From an uncultured candidate division WWE3 bacterium (lineage in GTDB: Bacteria; Patescibacteriota; WWE3; UBA101185; UBA10185), in assembly GCA_963765125.1 (NCBI GenBank), contig CAVXUZ010000005.1, positions 361,441 through 425,440 of the forward strand: a stretch of 64,000 bases of DNA, written 5' to 3'. The notes beneath the pieces were generated by a model, which ran no database searches, was not told the DNA's origin, and worked only from the letters and a program-made list of their open reading frames with translations. The position numbers and the translations under genes were made by a program. The number at the start of each line of letters is the position of its first letter. The stretch's first letter is position 1. This document shows positions 33,982-43,931 of this stretch, piece by piece.

Positions 33982-36522
33982 TTATTCTGCGTTTTGGCCA
34001 TGACATTTTTTGTATTTTTTACCACTCCCGCAAGGGCACGGGTCATTTCTACCAGTTTTTACCTCTCCTGAGACTACTTTTTCTACTACGGCTGAGGACC
34101 GGCCATTCTGCGTCTTTGCAACTTCTTGAGAGACACCTGATTCGATTTCACCTCGCTGATAGCTAATACGTCTAGTATTTCTCTGCGGTGTAGCTTCTCT
34201 GGGTTTGTTACTACCTGTTAGTGCGACTTCGAGTCTTTCTGAAATAGACGAATAGATCTTAGAGATTAAAATCTCAAATCTCTGATGGCCTTCATTTTTA
34301 TATTCAACCATCGGGTCACGCTGTGCGTACCCACGCAAACCAATACCTTCCCGTAGTTGGTCCATTAGAACTAAATGCTCCATCCAGAGTAAATCGATCA
34401 CAGGCAGACTCAGTTCACCAAGGCCTGCAAGCCAAGTTTCTTTTCCAAACTTCTCGGCGTACTCATCCCACTTGGTTTCGTTTAAATTAACGTAATCTCC
34501 AATTTTCTCAATAAACCACTGTTTATGTGATTCGTTTCCGGTTGAAAGTTCTAATATTCTTCTTCTCAATGTGTAAATAACTTCTCTGTGTACGTTGATA
34601 ACATCATCCATCTCCACAACTTGTTTTCGTCGATCAAAATTAAATCCTTCAACACGCTTTTGTGCACTCTCAATTGCCTTTGTAACTATCCCACTCTCCA
34701 AAGGAATCCCTTCGTCCATTCCGAACTTATTCATAACGTTCTCAACTTGTGCTCCTCCAAAAATTCTCATCAAATCGTCTTGTAACGAAACAAAAAATCT
34801 TGAAGATCCAGGCTCACCTTGTCGTCCCGATCGTCCTCTAAGCTGATTGTCTATTCTTCTTGATTCGTGGCGTTCGGTGCCTATAACATGTAAACCGCCA
34901 AGTTCCATAATTTCTGCTTTTTCTTTTTCAGTACAGGGGTCTCCACCAAGTTTAATGTCTACTCCTCTTCCTGCCATATTAGTAGAAACGGTCACAGAGT
35001 GTTTACGCCCTGCCTGGGCAATAATTAAAGCCTCTTGCTCGTGATTTTTAGCGTTTAAAATTTCGTGTGGAATTTTTTTATGCTTTAAGAAGTCGTGTAA
35101 TAGTTGTGATTTTTCAACGCTTGTTGTACCAACTAAAACAGGTTGCCCTTTTTCAAACTTTTCAGCAATATCGTCTGTGACTGCTTTAAACTTTGCGGAT
35201 TCTGTCTTGTAAACGAGGTCGTTAAAATCAGATCTTCTCACCGATACGTGTGTGGGAATTACTACTACGTCTAATTTATAGATTTTATAAAACTCTTCTG
35301 CTTCGGTAATTGCGGTTCCCGTCATACCAGCTAGTTTTTCGTACATTCTAAAATAATTTTGATAGGAAATTTCTGCCATCGTACGCGATTCTTCTTGAAT
35401 CGGTACTTTTTCTTTTGCCTCTAAAGCCTGGTGTACACCCTGTGAGTAACGGTTGCTTGGTAAAAGCCTTCCAGTGAATTGGTCTACAACAACAATTTTT
35501 CCATCTTTAACAACGTAATCTTTGTCTTTTTCATAAACTGTGTGAGCTCTTAAAGTCTGCTCGATAAGATGAACCATTTCAAAATCTTCTTCATAGAGAT
35601 TTGTAACTCCAAGCATCTTTTCGATTCTTCTAATACCGAGATCGGTTAAAGTTGTGTTTTTATACTTTTCCTCAATTTCGTAATCCGTACCCTTTGCTAA
35701 TTGTGAAACTATGTCTGCGGCTTGGTGATATCTTTCGGTTGGTTGCGCGTAAGAGGTAGAAATAATAAGAGGCGTTCGTGCAACGTCAATCAAAATTGAG
35801 TCGACTTCGTCAATGATTGCGTATTTATGAATACCCCATTCTCCAATTGCGTTTGTTTGTGCCGTCTCATCAAGTCTGCGAACCATATTATCTCGAAGAT
35901 AATCAAAACCAAATTCGTGGTTGGTTCCATAAGTAATATCACAACTGTATGCCTCTGCGCGTGAAACCTCTTTAAGGTGTCTCGCGTATTCGTCTTTAAA
36001 AGTAATACTCTCGTGATCACGATCAAAAACGTAAGCTTTTTCCTGCATAATACAGCCAACAGAAATTCCCAAAAAATCAAAATTTCTTCCCATCCAACCT
36101 GCACCGTGTCTCGCTAAGTAGTCGTTTGGTGTGACAATATGCACTCCTCCACCTGTAAGCGAGTTGAGATACGCAGAAAGCGAAGCTGTATTTGTCTTAC
36201 CTTCACCGGTTTTTTGTTCCGCGATCTTTCCTTGGTGAAGAACTATTCCTCCTATCAGCTGGACATCGTGCAACTGTATTCCTTCGACTCTTCTAGTTGC
36301 TTCTTTCACTAGCGCAAAGGCTGCGGGTAATATTTCTTCAAGTTTCGTTTTTTGTTCGCCATCTGCAAGTTTTCTCAATTCGTCTTTCCACTGTGCAGTT
36401 TTCTCTTTAATTTGCGCGTCAGTGAGTTTTTTGAAATCCTCTTCAAACGAGTTTATTTCCTCTACTAAAGGTTTAATTTTCTTAAGTTGTTTTTCGTTAG
36501 AATCAAACAGATTACCAAACAT
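33982..36522 (-). CDS. secA: Preprotein translocase ATPase SecA
   Basis: TGEGKT, DEVDSILID, TNMAGRG, HESRRIDNQLRGRSGRQG and SEC-C motif CPCGSGKKYKKCH. Confidence 0.99.
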   Translation of the reverse strand: MFGNLFDSNEKQLKKIKPLVEEINSFEEDFKKLTDAQIKEKTAQWKDELRKLADGEQKTKLEEILPAAFALVKEATRRVEGIQLHDVQLIGGIVLHQGKIAEQKTGEGKTNTASLSAYLNSLTGGGVHIVTPNDYLARHGAGWMGRNFDFLGISVGCIMQEKAYVFDRDHESITFKDEYARHLKEVSRAEAYSCDITYGTNHEFGFDYLRDNMVRRLDETAQTNAIGEWGIHKYAIIDEVDSILIDVARTPLIISTSYAQPTERYHQAADIVSQLAKGTDYEIEEKYKNTTLTDLGIRRIEKMLGVTNLYEEDFEMVHLIEQTLRAHTVYEKDKDYVVKDGKIVVVDQFTGRLLPSNRYSQGVHQALEAKEKVPIQEESRTMAEISYQNYFRMYEKLAGMTGTAITEAEEFYKIYKLDVVVIPTHVSVRRSDFNDLVYKTESAKFKAVTDDIAEKFEKGQPVLVGTTSVEKSQLLHDFLKHKKIPHEILNAKNHEQEALIIAQAGRKHSVTVSTNMAGRGVDIKLGGDPCTEKEKAEIMELGGLHVIGTERHESRRIDNQLRGRSGRQGEPGSSRFFVSLQDDLMRIFGGAQVENVMNKFGMDEGIPLESGIVTKAIESAQKRVEGFNFDRRKQVVEMDDVINVHREVIYTLRRRILELSTGNESHKQWFIEKIGDYVNLNETKWDEYAEKFGKETWLAGLGELSLPVIDLLWMEHLVLMDQLREGIGLRGYAQRDPMVEYKNEGHQRFEILISKIYSSISERLEVALTGSNKPREATPQRNTRRISYQRGEIESGVSQEVAKTQNGRSSAVVEKVVSGEVKTGRNDPCPCGSGKKYKKCHGQNAE

Positions 36523-36603
36523 ATCGAAGTGATTATAACATTGAAATTATTAGCGTTGTGGACTAGTATAATCACAACAAATATTGCAAAAAAGGAGAAT
36601 AGA

Positions 36604-36828
36604 ATGGCACATTTAGTTGGAATAAATAAACTTGAAGAAAAGCAAAATGAGCCACAGTTTGCAAACGTACAACCGCCGGTCTCGGACTCCGTACTAACAG
36701 CACTCGTTGATCGGATTTTTACAGAGTTCATTGGACTTAAGTCGGAACTGCAAAATATGCATCACCATAGCGACGCAACTGTTAAGCAAAAAGGCGATAT
36801 TTTGGAGATTATCAAAAAAGGTCTTTAA
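36604..36828 (+). CDS. Small hypothetical protein (74 aa)
   Basis: GGAG SD, upstream TATAAT and a downstream terminator. Confidence 0.6.
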   Translation: MAHLVGINKLEEKQNEPQFANVQPPVSDSVLTALVDRIFTEFIGLKSELQNMHHHSDATVKQKGDILEIIKKGL

Positions 36829-36845
36829 AGGTGTGCGCTAAAGTT

Positions 36846-36880
36846 ACAACCCTAAGAAATTATTTTTAGGGTTGTTTTTT
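36846..36880 (+). terminator. Intrinsic terminator
   Basis: acaaccctaa...ttagggttgt followed by a T-run. Confidence 0.75.
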
Positions 36881-37648
36881 TTAAAAAAGCAAAAACAGAG
36901 CTAAAACTAAAAGTGTTCGATAAATAATAAAAATCCACAAATTTTTGTTTTTTAAATATTTGATCAAAAAGTTTATTGCGAGAATTCCTACGATAAAACT
37001 TCCTAAAAATCCGCCAAGCATTGCTCCGTCTAAAGTTAACGATTTGTAAGATTCTAAGATTTTAAACGCTGCGGCACCTGCCACAATTGGCATCGAAAGT
37101 AAAAAAGAAAATCGCGCAGCAAGATCTCTTTTAAGTCCGAAGAGCATTCCTCCAGAGATTGTTGAGCCTGATCTAGAAACTCCGGAGAATAATGCGAGGG
37201 ATTGAAAAAATCCTATGATGACAGACTTTTTCAAAGTTATGCTTTCAATATTTTCTATCTTCTGTGCCACATTTGATTTTTTATAAACCAGTTCAGCTAA
37301 AATCATCAAACCAGTACCAACCGCCAAAAATACTGCAACGCTATGTGCTGATCTAAATATATTTTCTATTGTTGATTCCAAAAAATAACCAATAATCGCA
37401 GCGGGCACTGAACCTACAAACATTAGTAACAAGAGTTTTCGGCTCTTTAAGATAGTAAAAATATCTTTATAAAAATAGATAACGAGCGCAGAAAGCGTGC
37501 CTAAATGTAAAACAGTGTCAAAGGTGAGAGATTGAATATTCCACCTAAATAAAGTCGGAATTAAAATTAAATGCCCGCTAGACGAAATGGGTAAAAACTC
37601 AGTTAGACCTTGTGTTATTCCTAATATAAGTCCTTGAAGAGTGGTCAT
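36881..37648 (-). CDS. uppP: Undecaprenyl-diphosphatase
   Basis: QGLTEFLPISSSGH, GVSRSGSTI and AARFSFLL. Confidence 0.96.
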   Translation of the reverse strand: MTTLQGLILGITQGLTEFLPISSSGHLILIPTLFRWNIQSLTFDTVLHLGTLSALVIYFYKDIFTILKSRKLLLLMFVGSVPAAIIGYFLESTIENIFRSAHSVAVFLAVGTGLMILAELVYKKSNVAQKIENIESITLKKSVIIGFFQSLALFSGVSRSGSTISGGMLFGLKRDLAARFSFLLSMPIVAGAAAFKILESYKSLTLDGAMLGGFLGSFIVGILAINFLIKYLKNKNLWIFIIYRTLLVLALFLLF

Positions 37649-37664
37649 GGCGAGTTAGTATACC

Positions 37665-38360
37665 TTAAGTTCTACCGTAAATTAAAACGTTATCTGAATT
37701 TGTATAACCAGCGACTACATAAGTTTGTATATCGTGGAGAAAATCTTCAAGAAAGTCGATAAAGTCGTTTACGTCGTCTTGATGATTCTTTGTATATATT
37801 CGGTTGATGATGATTAACCCCCCAGGAACAGCCATCCTTTTTACAGCTTCGATAAAGTTACCTGATTTTCCAAGTTCGGGGTAATTTTGTCCAATATAGA
37901 TGTCTACGAAGACTACTTCAAATTTTTCGTTTTCTAAATTGTAATTTTCAGGTTCAATAATTACACGACATGCGTCGTCAATGATTACTCGATGATTGGG
38001 AATTTTATCAAGGTCAAAATATTTTTGCGCGATATCTTTCATCACAGGGTCGATGTCTACACTCACAATTTCTGTTTGGGGAAAATCTTGTGAAATGAAG
38101 TGCTGAACTGTTGCTCCTCCTAGTCCTAAAATTAAAATATTTTTAAGTTCGGGTTGGTTTTGTTTAAGAACGTCGATAACTCTACCCCATACGAGCCTTC
38201 GTGCGCTCGGGGAATTAGCGCTCAACGATTGGTCAATCGTATCAACACGAATTTTTAGTGTTTCACCAACTTTTATAACGTCAACCTGACCGCTAAATTT
38301 TGATTGGGCTGAGTAGATTACCTTTGGTATAACTAATCCTTGAAAAGAGATAGGTGCCAT
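37665..38360 (-). CDS. Spermidine-synthase-like class I SAM-binding protein
   Basis: ILILGLGGA, VDIDP..AQKYF, IIDDA and VFVD. Confidence 0.75.
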   Translation of the reverse strand: MAPISFQGLVIPKVIYSAQSKFSGQVDVIKVGETLKIRVDTIDQSLSANSPSARRLVWGRVIDVLKQNQPELKNILILGLGGATVQHFISQDFPQTEIVSVDIDPVMKDIAQKYFDLDKIPNHRVIIDDACRVIIEPENYNLENEKFEVVFVDIYIGQNYPELGKSGNFIEAVKRMAVPGGLIIINRIYTKNHQDDVNDFIDFLEDFLHDIQTYVVAGYTNSDNVLIYGRT

Positions 38361-38407
38361 TACTCTTTATAATAGACTAAGAATTATTCAGTGTCATTAG
38401 TACAAAC

Positions 38408-39685
38408 TTATTCTTTTGGTCTTATTTGAGAAAAACCTACGTATTCTCTCAATACCTCAGGAACAGTTATAGACCCGTCTTCATTTTGATAATTCTCAAG
38501 CACCGCAGCTAAAAGTCTTGGTGACGCAGCAACCGTGTTATTTAATGTGTTTACATATTTAATCTCACCAGTTTTAGTCTTGTACTTCATATTAAGTCTT
38601 CGTGCTTGAAAATCCAAAAAGTAGCTGTCTGAGTGTGTCTCTCTATATTTTTCTTGTGAGGGAAACCACGTTTCAATATCGTATTTCTTTCTCTGACCCG
38701 GTCCCATGTCTCCTGTGCACATAAGAAGTACTTGATAAGCCACACCTAAACCTTTGAGTACTTCCTCAGAATAACCTAACATCTTATCGTGCCATTCACG
38801 TGTAAGCTCCTCGCCCTCAGGTAAAAGTATAACCTGCTCAACTTTTGTAAACTGGTGAACTCTGAAAATTCCTTTTGTGTCTTTTCCATAAGTTCCAATT
38901 TCTCGTCTGTAGCATGGGCTCACCCCAGCTAATTTTATCGGAAGGTCTTCTTCTTTTAAAACCTCACCTGCGTAATAAGATGTCAACGAAACCTCTGCAG
39001 TGCCAATTAAATTTAGTCCGTCTTGAGTTGTGTAGTGGTCCTCAGCCCCCCATGGAAAATATCCAGTGCCAACAAAATAATCCGGTCTAACCATCCACGG
39101 AACTTCCATTATTTCAAATCCCTTTGACTTGATTGTATCCATGGCATAGCGTAGTAACGCGTTGTGAAGTTCAACACCTTCATTTTTTAGAAAGTACGAC
39201 CTAAACCCGCCGATTTTTACTCCTCTTTCTGTATCGATTATGTTTAATGAAACACCCAAATCAAAATGGTTCTTTGGAGCAAAATCAAACTGTTTTATTT
39301 TTCCTTCTTGGCGTAACACTTTATTGCCGCTCTCATCTTTTCCAATAGGTACATCCTGCGCTGGTACATTTGGTACCCACAACATTTTGACATCATACTT
39401 GTCTTTTAAATCTTTTAGCTCAACATCGAGTTTTACAATATCTGCTTTAATTTGAGCTGCTTCTAAAATTAGCTTTTCTTTTGCATCCTTATCTTGAATT
39501 TTTGAAATATCCTCTGAAAGTTGATTTCTCAAACTTCGTTTAACCTCAACTTGTCTTAGTATATCTCTATACTTTTCGTCTAGATCAAGCAATTCATCAA
39601 TATCTACAGTTCCACCAAGCTGCTTATCTAAAATAGCCTTTTTTACTTCTTCTGGATTTTCTCTAATATATTTAATATCAAGCAT
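38408..39685 (-). CDS. serS: Serine-tRNA ligase
   Basis: MLDIKYIR, TAEV, CYRREIG..G.DTKGIFRVHQF.KVE and DFQARRL. Confidence 0.98.
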   Translation of the reverse strand: MLDIKYIRENPEEVKKAILDKQLGGTVDIDELLDLDEKYRDILRQVEVKRSLRNQLSEDISKIQDKDAKEKLILEAAQIKADIVKLDVELKDLKDKYDVKMLWVPNVPAQDVPIGKDESGNKVLRQEGKIKQFDFAPKNHFDLGVSLNIIDTERGVKIGGFRSYFLKNEGVELHNALLRYAMDTIKSKGFEIMEVPWMVRPDYFVGTGYFPWGAEDHYTTQDGLNLIGTAEVSLTSYYAGEVLKEEDLPIKLAGVSPCYRREIGTYGKDTKGIFRVHQFTKVEQVILLPEGEELTREWHDKMLGYSEEVLKGLGVAYQVLLMCTGDMGPGQRKKYDIETWFPSQEKYRETHSDSYFLDFQARRLNMKYKTKTGEIKYVNTLNNTVAASPRLLAAVLENYQNEDGSITVPEVLREYVGFSQIRPKE

Positions 39686-39705
39686 ATTTTTCCTTTTCTA
39701 AATTA

Positions 39706-39732
39706 TACGGGCTTGAGGTGCCTTACCTCAAG
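39706..39732 (-). promoter_or_regulatory. Palindrome CTTGAGGT-N5-ACCTCAAG overlapping a possible internal serS promoter
   Basis: 8-bp inverted repeat at 39712-39732; TTGAGG-18 nt-TATAAT on the minus strand. Confidence 0.45.
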
Positions 39733-39877
39733 AAAACAAAAAACCCCAACTACACGTCAGGGTCCATTACGGACGGTGCCACCTGATACTTTTAACTTTA
39801 AAGGCTGTAACGTGCCCACACGGCTATGGCATTTCCTCCATGCAGCTCAAAGGGTGGAAACTTCCCTTATCTAAGCT
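39733..39877 (-). ncRNA. T-box riboswitch (Ser specifier, ultrashort Stem I, transcriptional terminator) in the serS leader
   Basis: Antiterminator TCAGG-TGGCACC-GTCC-GTAAT-GGAC-CCTGA; overlapping terminator with U-tract; K-turn Stem I AGC-TTA-GA-T-AAGGG-AAGTTTCCA-CCCTT-T-GA-GCT; IIA/B-like GTG-TGGG-CAC-GTTACAGCC. Confidence 0.85.
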
Positions 39878-39927
39878 TTTTTGTAATACTTATATATAAT
39901 AGCTATTAATTAGCGTTGTCAAGAAAT

Positions 39928-40722
39928 ATGATTGGTCCAGAAAAAGCAAAAACAAAAGAAAATCTAGTGAAACGAAAACATCTTTACGATTATGAACTAC
40001 CTAAATCTGATATATACGATAAGGTTGCTGATGAAATTCTCACTCATGATCCCCTCTCTGTTTTAGAAATTGGGTGTGGTGATGGAGAGTTCTTAATTAG
40101 TCTCAGAGAAAAAAATTATAAAGGGCCGCTTACTGGAATCGACGTTTCAAAAGAGCTTATCGAAGAGGCAAATAAGATTAAAAGCGGAAAAGACATATTC
40201 TTTCAAGTTTTAGACGCACACAATATGTCTTTTGTAGACGCGCATTTTGATATTGTTGTCGCAAATTTTACCCTTCATACATTTCGCAATATGCAACAAG
40301 CACTAGATGAAATAAATAGAGTTTTAAAGCCTGAAGGCTATTTTATGGGTGCTGCGCATGGCCGAGGTCATCTTCCGAAAAGAAGAAAATTCACCCAAAT
40401 GGTAGCTGAGCTGCTACCAAACGTAAACTCAAATAATACACTCGGCCGTGTTATGCTAGAAAACCTGCCTACTATACTTACAATGTTTGAACCGCCTATC
40501 ACAGACCAGCACATTGGCGAAATAAAACTCTATAAGCCCGACGTGTACATAGAATATTTTGATACTCTTAAGGATTATGCGTTCTTTCCTCAACCAAACG
40601 ACGAACTCTGGCATGAAGCGTTAAAAGTAATCGAAAAACAAATTCTTGAGGAAATTGAAGCAAATGGGTATTTTTCGGAGACCACGCATTACGGGATGTT
40701 TAAATCTCAAAAACCTTATTAA
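39928..40722 (+). CDS. Class I SAM-dependent methyltransferase
   Basis: VLEIGCGDG, GIDVS, LDAHNMSF, FDIV and RVLKPEG. Confidence 0.88.
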   Translation: MIGPEKAKTKENLVKRKHLYDYELPKSDIYDKVADEILTHDPLSVLEIGCGDGEFLISLREKNYKGPLTGIDVSKELIEEANKIKSGKDIFFQVLDAHNMSFVDAHFDIVVANFTLHTFRNMQQALDEINRVLKPEGYFMGAAHGRGHLPKRRKFTQMVAELLPNVNSNNTLGRVMLENLPTILTMFEPPITDQHIGEIKLYKPDVYIEYFDTLKDYAFFPQPNDELWHEALKVIEKQILEEIEANGYFSETTHYGMFKSQKPY

Positions 40723-40736
40723 TATGCGATATTTCG

Positions 40737-40765
40737 TTGACCGAGCATATTTAATTTGCTAGAAT
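40737..40765 (+). promoter_or_regulatory. Sigma70 promoter of the infA-alpha operon
   Basis: TTGACC-17 nt-TAGAAT with an extended TG. Confidence 0.7.
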
Positions 40766-40781
40766 CAGTCCCGTATCAATA

Positions 40782-41006
40782 ATGACCGAGAATACAAAGC
40801 AAGTTATAACAAAAGATGGAACAATAACCGAAGCCCTACAGGGCGGAATGTTCAAGGTTGATTTAGTCGATGAAACTGTTGCGTTGGCCACAATTTCTGG
40901 TAAAATGCGAAAGTTCCATATTAGGCTTTTGCCCGGAGATAAAGTAAAAGTGGAGTTTTCGCCACATGACCTAACCCGCGGAAGAATAGCTTATAGGTAT
41001 AGATAG
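40782..41006 (+). CDS. infA: Translation initiation factor IF-1
   Basis: [27 protein letters not shown]. Confidence 0.97.
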   Translation: MTENTKQVITKDGTITEALQGGMFKVDLVDETVALATISGKMRKFHIRLLPGDKVKVEFSPHDLTRGRIAYRYR

Positions 41007-41026
41007 GCCTAGCCCTACAAAATATT

Positions 41027-41143
41027 ATGAAAGTAAAAGCGTCGGTAAAAACAATATGTGATGACTGCAAAGTTGTTAGAAGAAAAGGAGTGGTTAGAGT
41101 TATCTGTAAAAGAAACCCTAAACACAAACAAAGACAAGGATAA
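41027..41143 (+). CDS. rpmJ: 50S ribosomal protein L36
   Basis: Not in the ORF track. Manual translation gives [38 protein letters not shown]. Confidence 0.97.
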   Translation: MKVKASVKTICDDCKVVRRKGVVRVICKRNPKHKQRQG

Positions 41144-41146
41144 ATT

Positions 41147-41533
41147 ATGGCAAGAATGTCGGGAGTTAATATCCCAGATGAAAAAAGACTTATAATTGCC
41201 CTTACATATATCCACGGAATTGGAAAAACCCACTCTGAAGAAATAGTTAAAAAGACAGGTATAAACGAAAGTACAAGAGTAAAAGATCTAACAGACGCAG
41301 ATTTGGCAAAAATCCAAACCGTAATCAACGAATTACAAATTCCGGTTGAGGGAGAGTTAAGAAGAATAATAAGCCAGAATGTAAGAAGACTTATGGACAT
41401 CAAATCATACAGAGGTTTACGACACAGAGATGGATTACCAGTAAGGGGCCAGGCAACTAGCCACAACGCAAGAACAAGAAAGGGTAAGAAAAAAACCGTC
41501 GGTGGTATGAAAAAGAAACTAACTAAGAAATAA
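41147..41533 (+). CDS. rpsM: 30S ribosomal protein S13
   Basis: ALTYIHGIG and YRGLRH..GLPVRGQ. Confidence 0.98.
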   Translation: MARMSGVNIPDEKRLIIALTYIHGIGKTHSEEIVKKTGINESTRVKDLTDADLAKIQTVINELQIPVEGELRRIISQNVRRLMDIKSYRGLRHRDGLPVRGQATSHNARTRKGKKKTVGGMKKKLTKK

Positions 41534-41539
41534 ATAATT

Positions 41540-41914
41540 ATGGCAAAAAAGACTAAAGAAAAAATAATACCAACAACAGGAAGAGCCTATATTAAGGCTG
41601 GATTTAACAACACACTTGTTACAATCACAGACGCTGAGGGAAATTCACTTTTCTCCGGTAGTGCAGGTGGCGCAGGTTTTAAAGGTTCAAGAAAATCAAC
41701 ACCTTACGCTGCAACAAAAACAACAGAAGAAATTGCTAGAAGAGCATCAGCAGCTGGATTAAGAGAAGTATCAGTTGTAGTTAAAGGACCAGGACTTGGA
41801 AGAGTTCCCGCAATAAAAGCGTTAAAAACAGGAGGACTAAACGTAGTATCAATTTCTGACGCTACACCTATTCCACATAATGGGTGCAGACCTAAAAAGA
41901 GACGAAGAGTTTAA
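41540..41914 (+). CDS. rpsK: 30S ribosomal protein S11
   Basis: [17 protein letters not shown] and [10 protein letters not shown]. Confidence 0.98.
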   Translation: MAKKTKEKIIPTTGRAYIKAGFNNTLVTITDAEGNSLFSGSAGGAGFKGSRKSTPYAATKTTEEIARRASAAGLREVSVVVKGPGLGRVPAIKALKTGGLNVVSISDATPIPHNGCRPKKRRRV

Positions 41915-41916
41915 AA

Positions 41917-42519
41917 ATGGCAAGAAATAAAGGACCAAAATGTAGACTGTGCAGAAGAGAGGGTGAAAAACTCTATCTTAAAGGTACAAGATGCCACACA
42001 GATAAATGTGCGATTACAAAAAGAAACTACGCGCCAGGTCAACACGGCAACTCAAGAACAAGACTATCAGACTATGGAAAACAGTTAAGAGAAAAGCAAA
42101 AAGCAAAAAGAGTATACGGAGTTCTTGAAAAACAATTTAGAATCTACGTAAACGCTGCTATGAAATCAAAAGGCGTTACAGGCGAGGCTTTGTTAAAACA
42201 TCTTGAGGCAAGACTCGATAATTTGGTCTATAGAAGTGGTTTTTGTGTTTCTAGAGCACAGGCAAGACAACTTATTAGATCTGGATTTTTTGAGGTTAAC
42301 GGTAAAGTGGTTAGAACAACGTCAATACAGCTTAATGTAGGAGATATATTAAAACCAGTCGATTTCGGTCGAGTTCACCTTAGAGAAGGTTTTGCTATGC
42401 CTGAGTGGCTTGAAGCAAACGTTAAAGAAAAATACGTAAAATTTGTTAAACTGCCTACGTTAGATGATTCTCTAGAAAATATAAATATACAATTAATTAT
42501 TGAATACTATTCAAGATAA
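41917..42519 (+). CDS. rpsD: 30S ribosomal protein S4
   Basis: CRLCRREG, QLREKQK, LEARLDNLVYR and IEYYSR. Confidence 0.98.
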   Translation: MARNKGPKCRLCRREGEKLYLKGTRCHTDKCAITKRNYAPGQHGNSRTRLSDYGKQLREKQKAKRVYGVLEKQFRIYVNAAMKSKGVTGEALLKHLEARLDNLVYRSGFCVSRAQARQLIRSGFFEVNGKVVRTTSIQLNVGDILKPVDFGRVHLREGFAMPEWLEANVKEKYVKFVKLPTLDDSLENINIQLIIEYYSR

Positions 42520-42529
42520 AGGAGATTTT

Positions 42530-43456
42530 ATGGAAATTAAACCAAGTGATCTAAAAATAAAAACAATCTCAGAAACAAAGACTGAGGGTGTTTTCGAATT
42601 CGATCCGCTACCAAAAGGTTTCGGACATACTTTAGGAAACACTCTGAGAAGAGTACTTCTTACATCGCTTCCTGGCGCTGCAGTTACTCAGATAAAAATT
42701 GAGGGTGCAAACCATCAATTTGCAACACTAGAAGGTGTAAAAGAAGACATTGTTGAAATAATTTTAAATCTTAAAAAAATCAGAATTAAGAAACATAGCA
42801 ATAATCCAGAAGTTGCAACTATCAATGTTGAAGGACCTGGTGTCGTTACAGCTGACGCGATTGAAACCACTTCTGATCTAGAAATTATCAACAAAGATCT
42901 ACACATAGCTACGTTAGCAAATAAAAAAACAAAGCTAAACATCGAACTTATTGTTGAAAATGGTGTTGGTTATTCTCCTATGGAAGATAGACAAAGCTCA
43001 AAGGTTGGAGTAATAGTTATTGACGCACTTTTCTCACCAGTTATTAAAGCAGTTATGGAGATTGAGGACACAAGATCAGGTGAAAAAACTGACCTCGATA
43101 AACTAATCCTTACAGTTGAAACAGACGGAAGCATGAAACCTTCAACAGCTGTTTATAAATCTTCAGCAATTCTTTCAGATTTCTTTGGAATACTTTCAAG
43201 ATGGGAACAAGCCGTCGATGAAAAACCAGAGATGGTTGACGCAATTACATCAGAGTCACATCATATGGATGAGGTTCTCGTCGATGAATTGCCACTTCAA
43301 ACTAGAACTGTTAACGCTTTGAAAAAAGCAGGAATTGACACATTAGCGCAACTTTCAAAAAAAACCGCAGAAGACTTAGCAGACATTAAAAATCTCGGTG
43401 AGAAATCAATCACTGAAATCAACAAATTACTCAAAAAAGAAGGGCTAAGAGACTAA
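42530..43456 (+). CDS. rpoA: RNA polymerase alpha subunit
   Basis: GFGHTLGN.LRRVLL, DA.FSPV, and alpha-CTD NLGEKS. Confidence 0.98.
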   Translation: MEIKPSDLKIKTISETKTEGVFEFDPLPKGFGHTLGNTLRRVLLTSLPGAAVTQIKIEGANHQFATLEGVKEDIVEIILNLKKIRIKKHSNNPEVATINVEGPGVVTADAIETTSDLEIINKDLHIATLANKKTKLNIELIVENGVGYSPMEDRQSSKVGVIVIDALFSPVIKAVMEIEDTRSGEKTDLDKLILTVETDGSMKPSTAVYKSSAILSDFFGILSRWEQAVDEKPEMVDAITSESHHMDEVLVDELPLQTRTVNALKKAGIDTLAQLSKKTAEDLADIKNLGEKSITEINKLLKKEGLRD

Positions 43457-43457
43457 A

Positions 43458-43931
43458 ATGCGTCATAGAGTTAAGGCTAAACTTCTAAATAGAGATCTTG
43501 ATCACAGAAAGGCATTAATAAGAAACCTTTCTAATGACCTAACTCTCCATGAGTCAATAACAACAACTCTAAGAAAAGCAAAGTATTTTAGATCTTACTT
43601 TGAGAAATTAATTACCAGAGCAAAAACCGGTCAAGAGTTTAACAACGTTAAATTTATGAAGGCGAAGCTAACAACTGATGAAGCGGTTAGAAAAATGTTA
43701 ACCGACCTCGGTGTTAGATTTGTTAATCGACCAGGTGGATATACAAGAATTGTAAAACTACCAAATCGAGTCGGCGATAACGCTCCAATGGCAAGAATTG
43801 AACTTACCGAAAAACCAAAGAGTAAAAAGGTAAAAGAAGAAAAAGAAGAAAAAACGGAAACAGTTGAAACAAAAAAACCTACTGAAAAAACAACAAAAGT
43901 TTCAAAAGTAAAGAAAGTAGCTAAAAAATGA
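43458..43931 (+). CDS. rplQ: 50S ribosomal protein L17 with a charged C-terminal tail
   Basis: MRHR, RPGGYTRI and RVGDNAPMA. Confidence 0.97.
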   Translation: MRHRVKAKLLNRDLDHRKALIRNLSNDLTLHESITTTLRKAKYFRSYFEKLITRAKTGQEFNNVKFMKAKLTTDEAVRKMLTDLGVRFVNRPGGYTRIVKLPNRVGDNAPMARIELTEKPKSKKVKEEKEEKTETVETKKPTEKTTKVSKVKKVAKK

